From: Mobula hypostoma
Lineage: Eukaryota
Assembly (NCBI RefSeq): GCF_963921235.1
Contig: NC_086097.1
Span: 236,408,001 to 236,472,000 of the forward strand
DNA length: 64,000 bases
Direction: 5' to 3'
Position 1 is the stretch's first letter. Each line of letters starts with the position of its first letter. The position numbers were made by a program, and so were the translations under genes. A model generated the notes under the pieces. The model was not told the DNA's origin. It saw only the letters and a list, made by a program, of their open reading frames with translations, and searched no databases. Positions 63,859 through 64,000 of the stretch are shown here, piece by piece.

Positions 63859-64000
63859 CATCTCGGTCCTAAAAGGCTTCCCCTTTATCCTCAAACTGTG
63901 ACCCATCGTTCTGGACTTCCCTAACATCGGGAACAATCTTCCTGCATCTAGTCTGTCCAATCCCTTTAGGATTTTATATGTTTCAATAAGATCCCCCCTC
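63859..64000 (-). mobile_element. CR1 fragment, young subfamily of 10674-12632, running off the window
   Basis: Colinear with ~10929-11070. Confidence 0.88.

Noticed and set aside
1..64000. Many 60-130 aa ORFs as host genes
   Set aside because: They are antisense or alternate frames of transposon ORFs, or short ORFs with no recognisable domain or supported exon structure

Overview
Eukaryotic, non-coding, repeat-dominated vertebrate DNA. It is most likely intronic or intergenic sequence of a cartilaginous fish (ray/shark), inferred from the CR1 subfamilies, V-SINE/HE1-like SINEs and Penelope elements. No host protein-coding gene can be identified with confidence. Every ORF with a recognisable product is a decayed transposon ORF: many CR1 LINEs, Rex/Babar-like LINEs, two R4/Dong-like RLE LINEs (one near full length and flanked by TAA repeats), a Penelope-like element with an inverted pseudo-LTR, Tc1-derived pieces, several SINE families, five solo LTRs with target-site duplications (TSDs), and a rearranged Gypsy LTR retrotransposon. 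The most notable points are: (1) the Gypsy has no tRNA primer-binding site and instead carries a 16-nt sequence complementary to its own LTR, over the poly(A) signal, a candidate for self-priming or poly(A) occlusion; (2) its 3' end is a fold-back of a diverged sister element's U5/gag, yet the TSD is intact; (3) Penelope-derived minimal hammerhead ribozymes, one intact and one inside a perfect 65-bp hairpin; (4) a four-level nested insertion; (5) low-confidence candidate host micro-exons in repeat-free islands. Boundaries of old repeats are approximate, and all identities were judged by eye.
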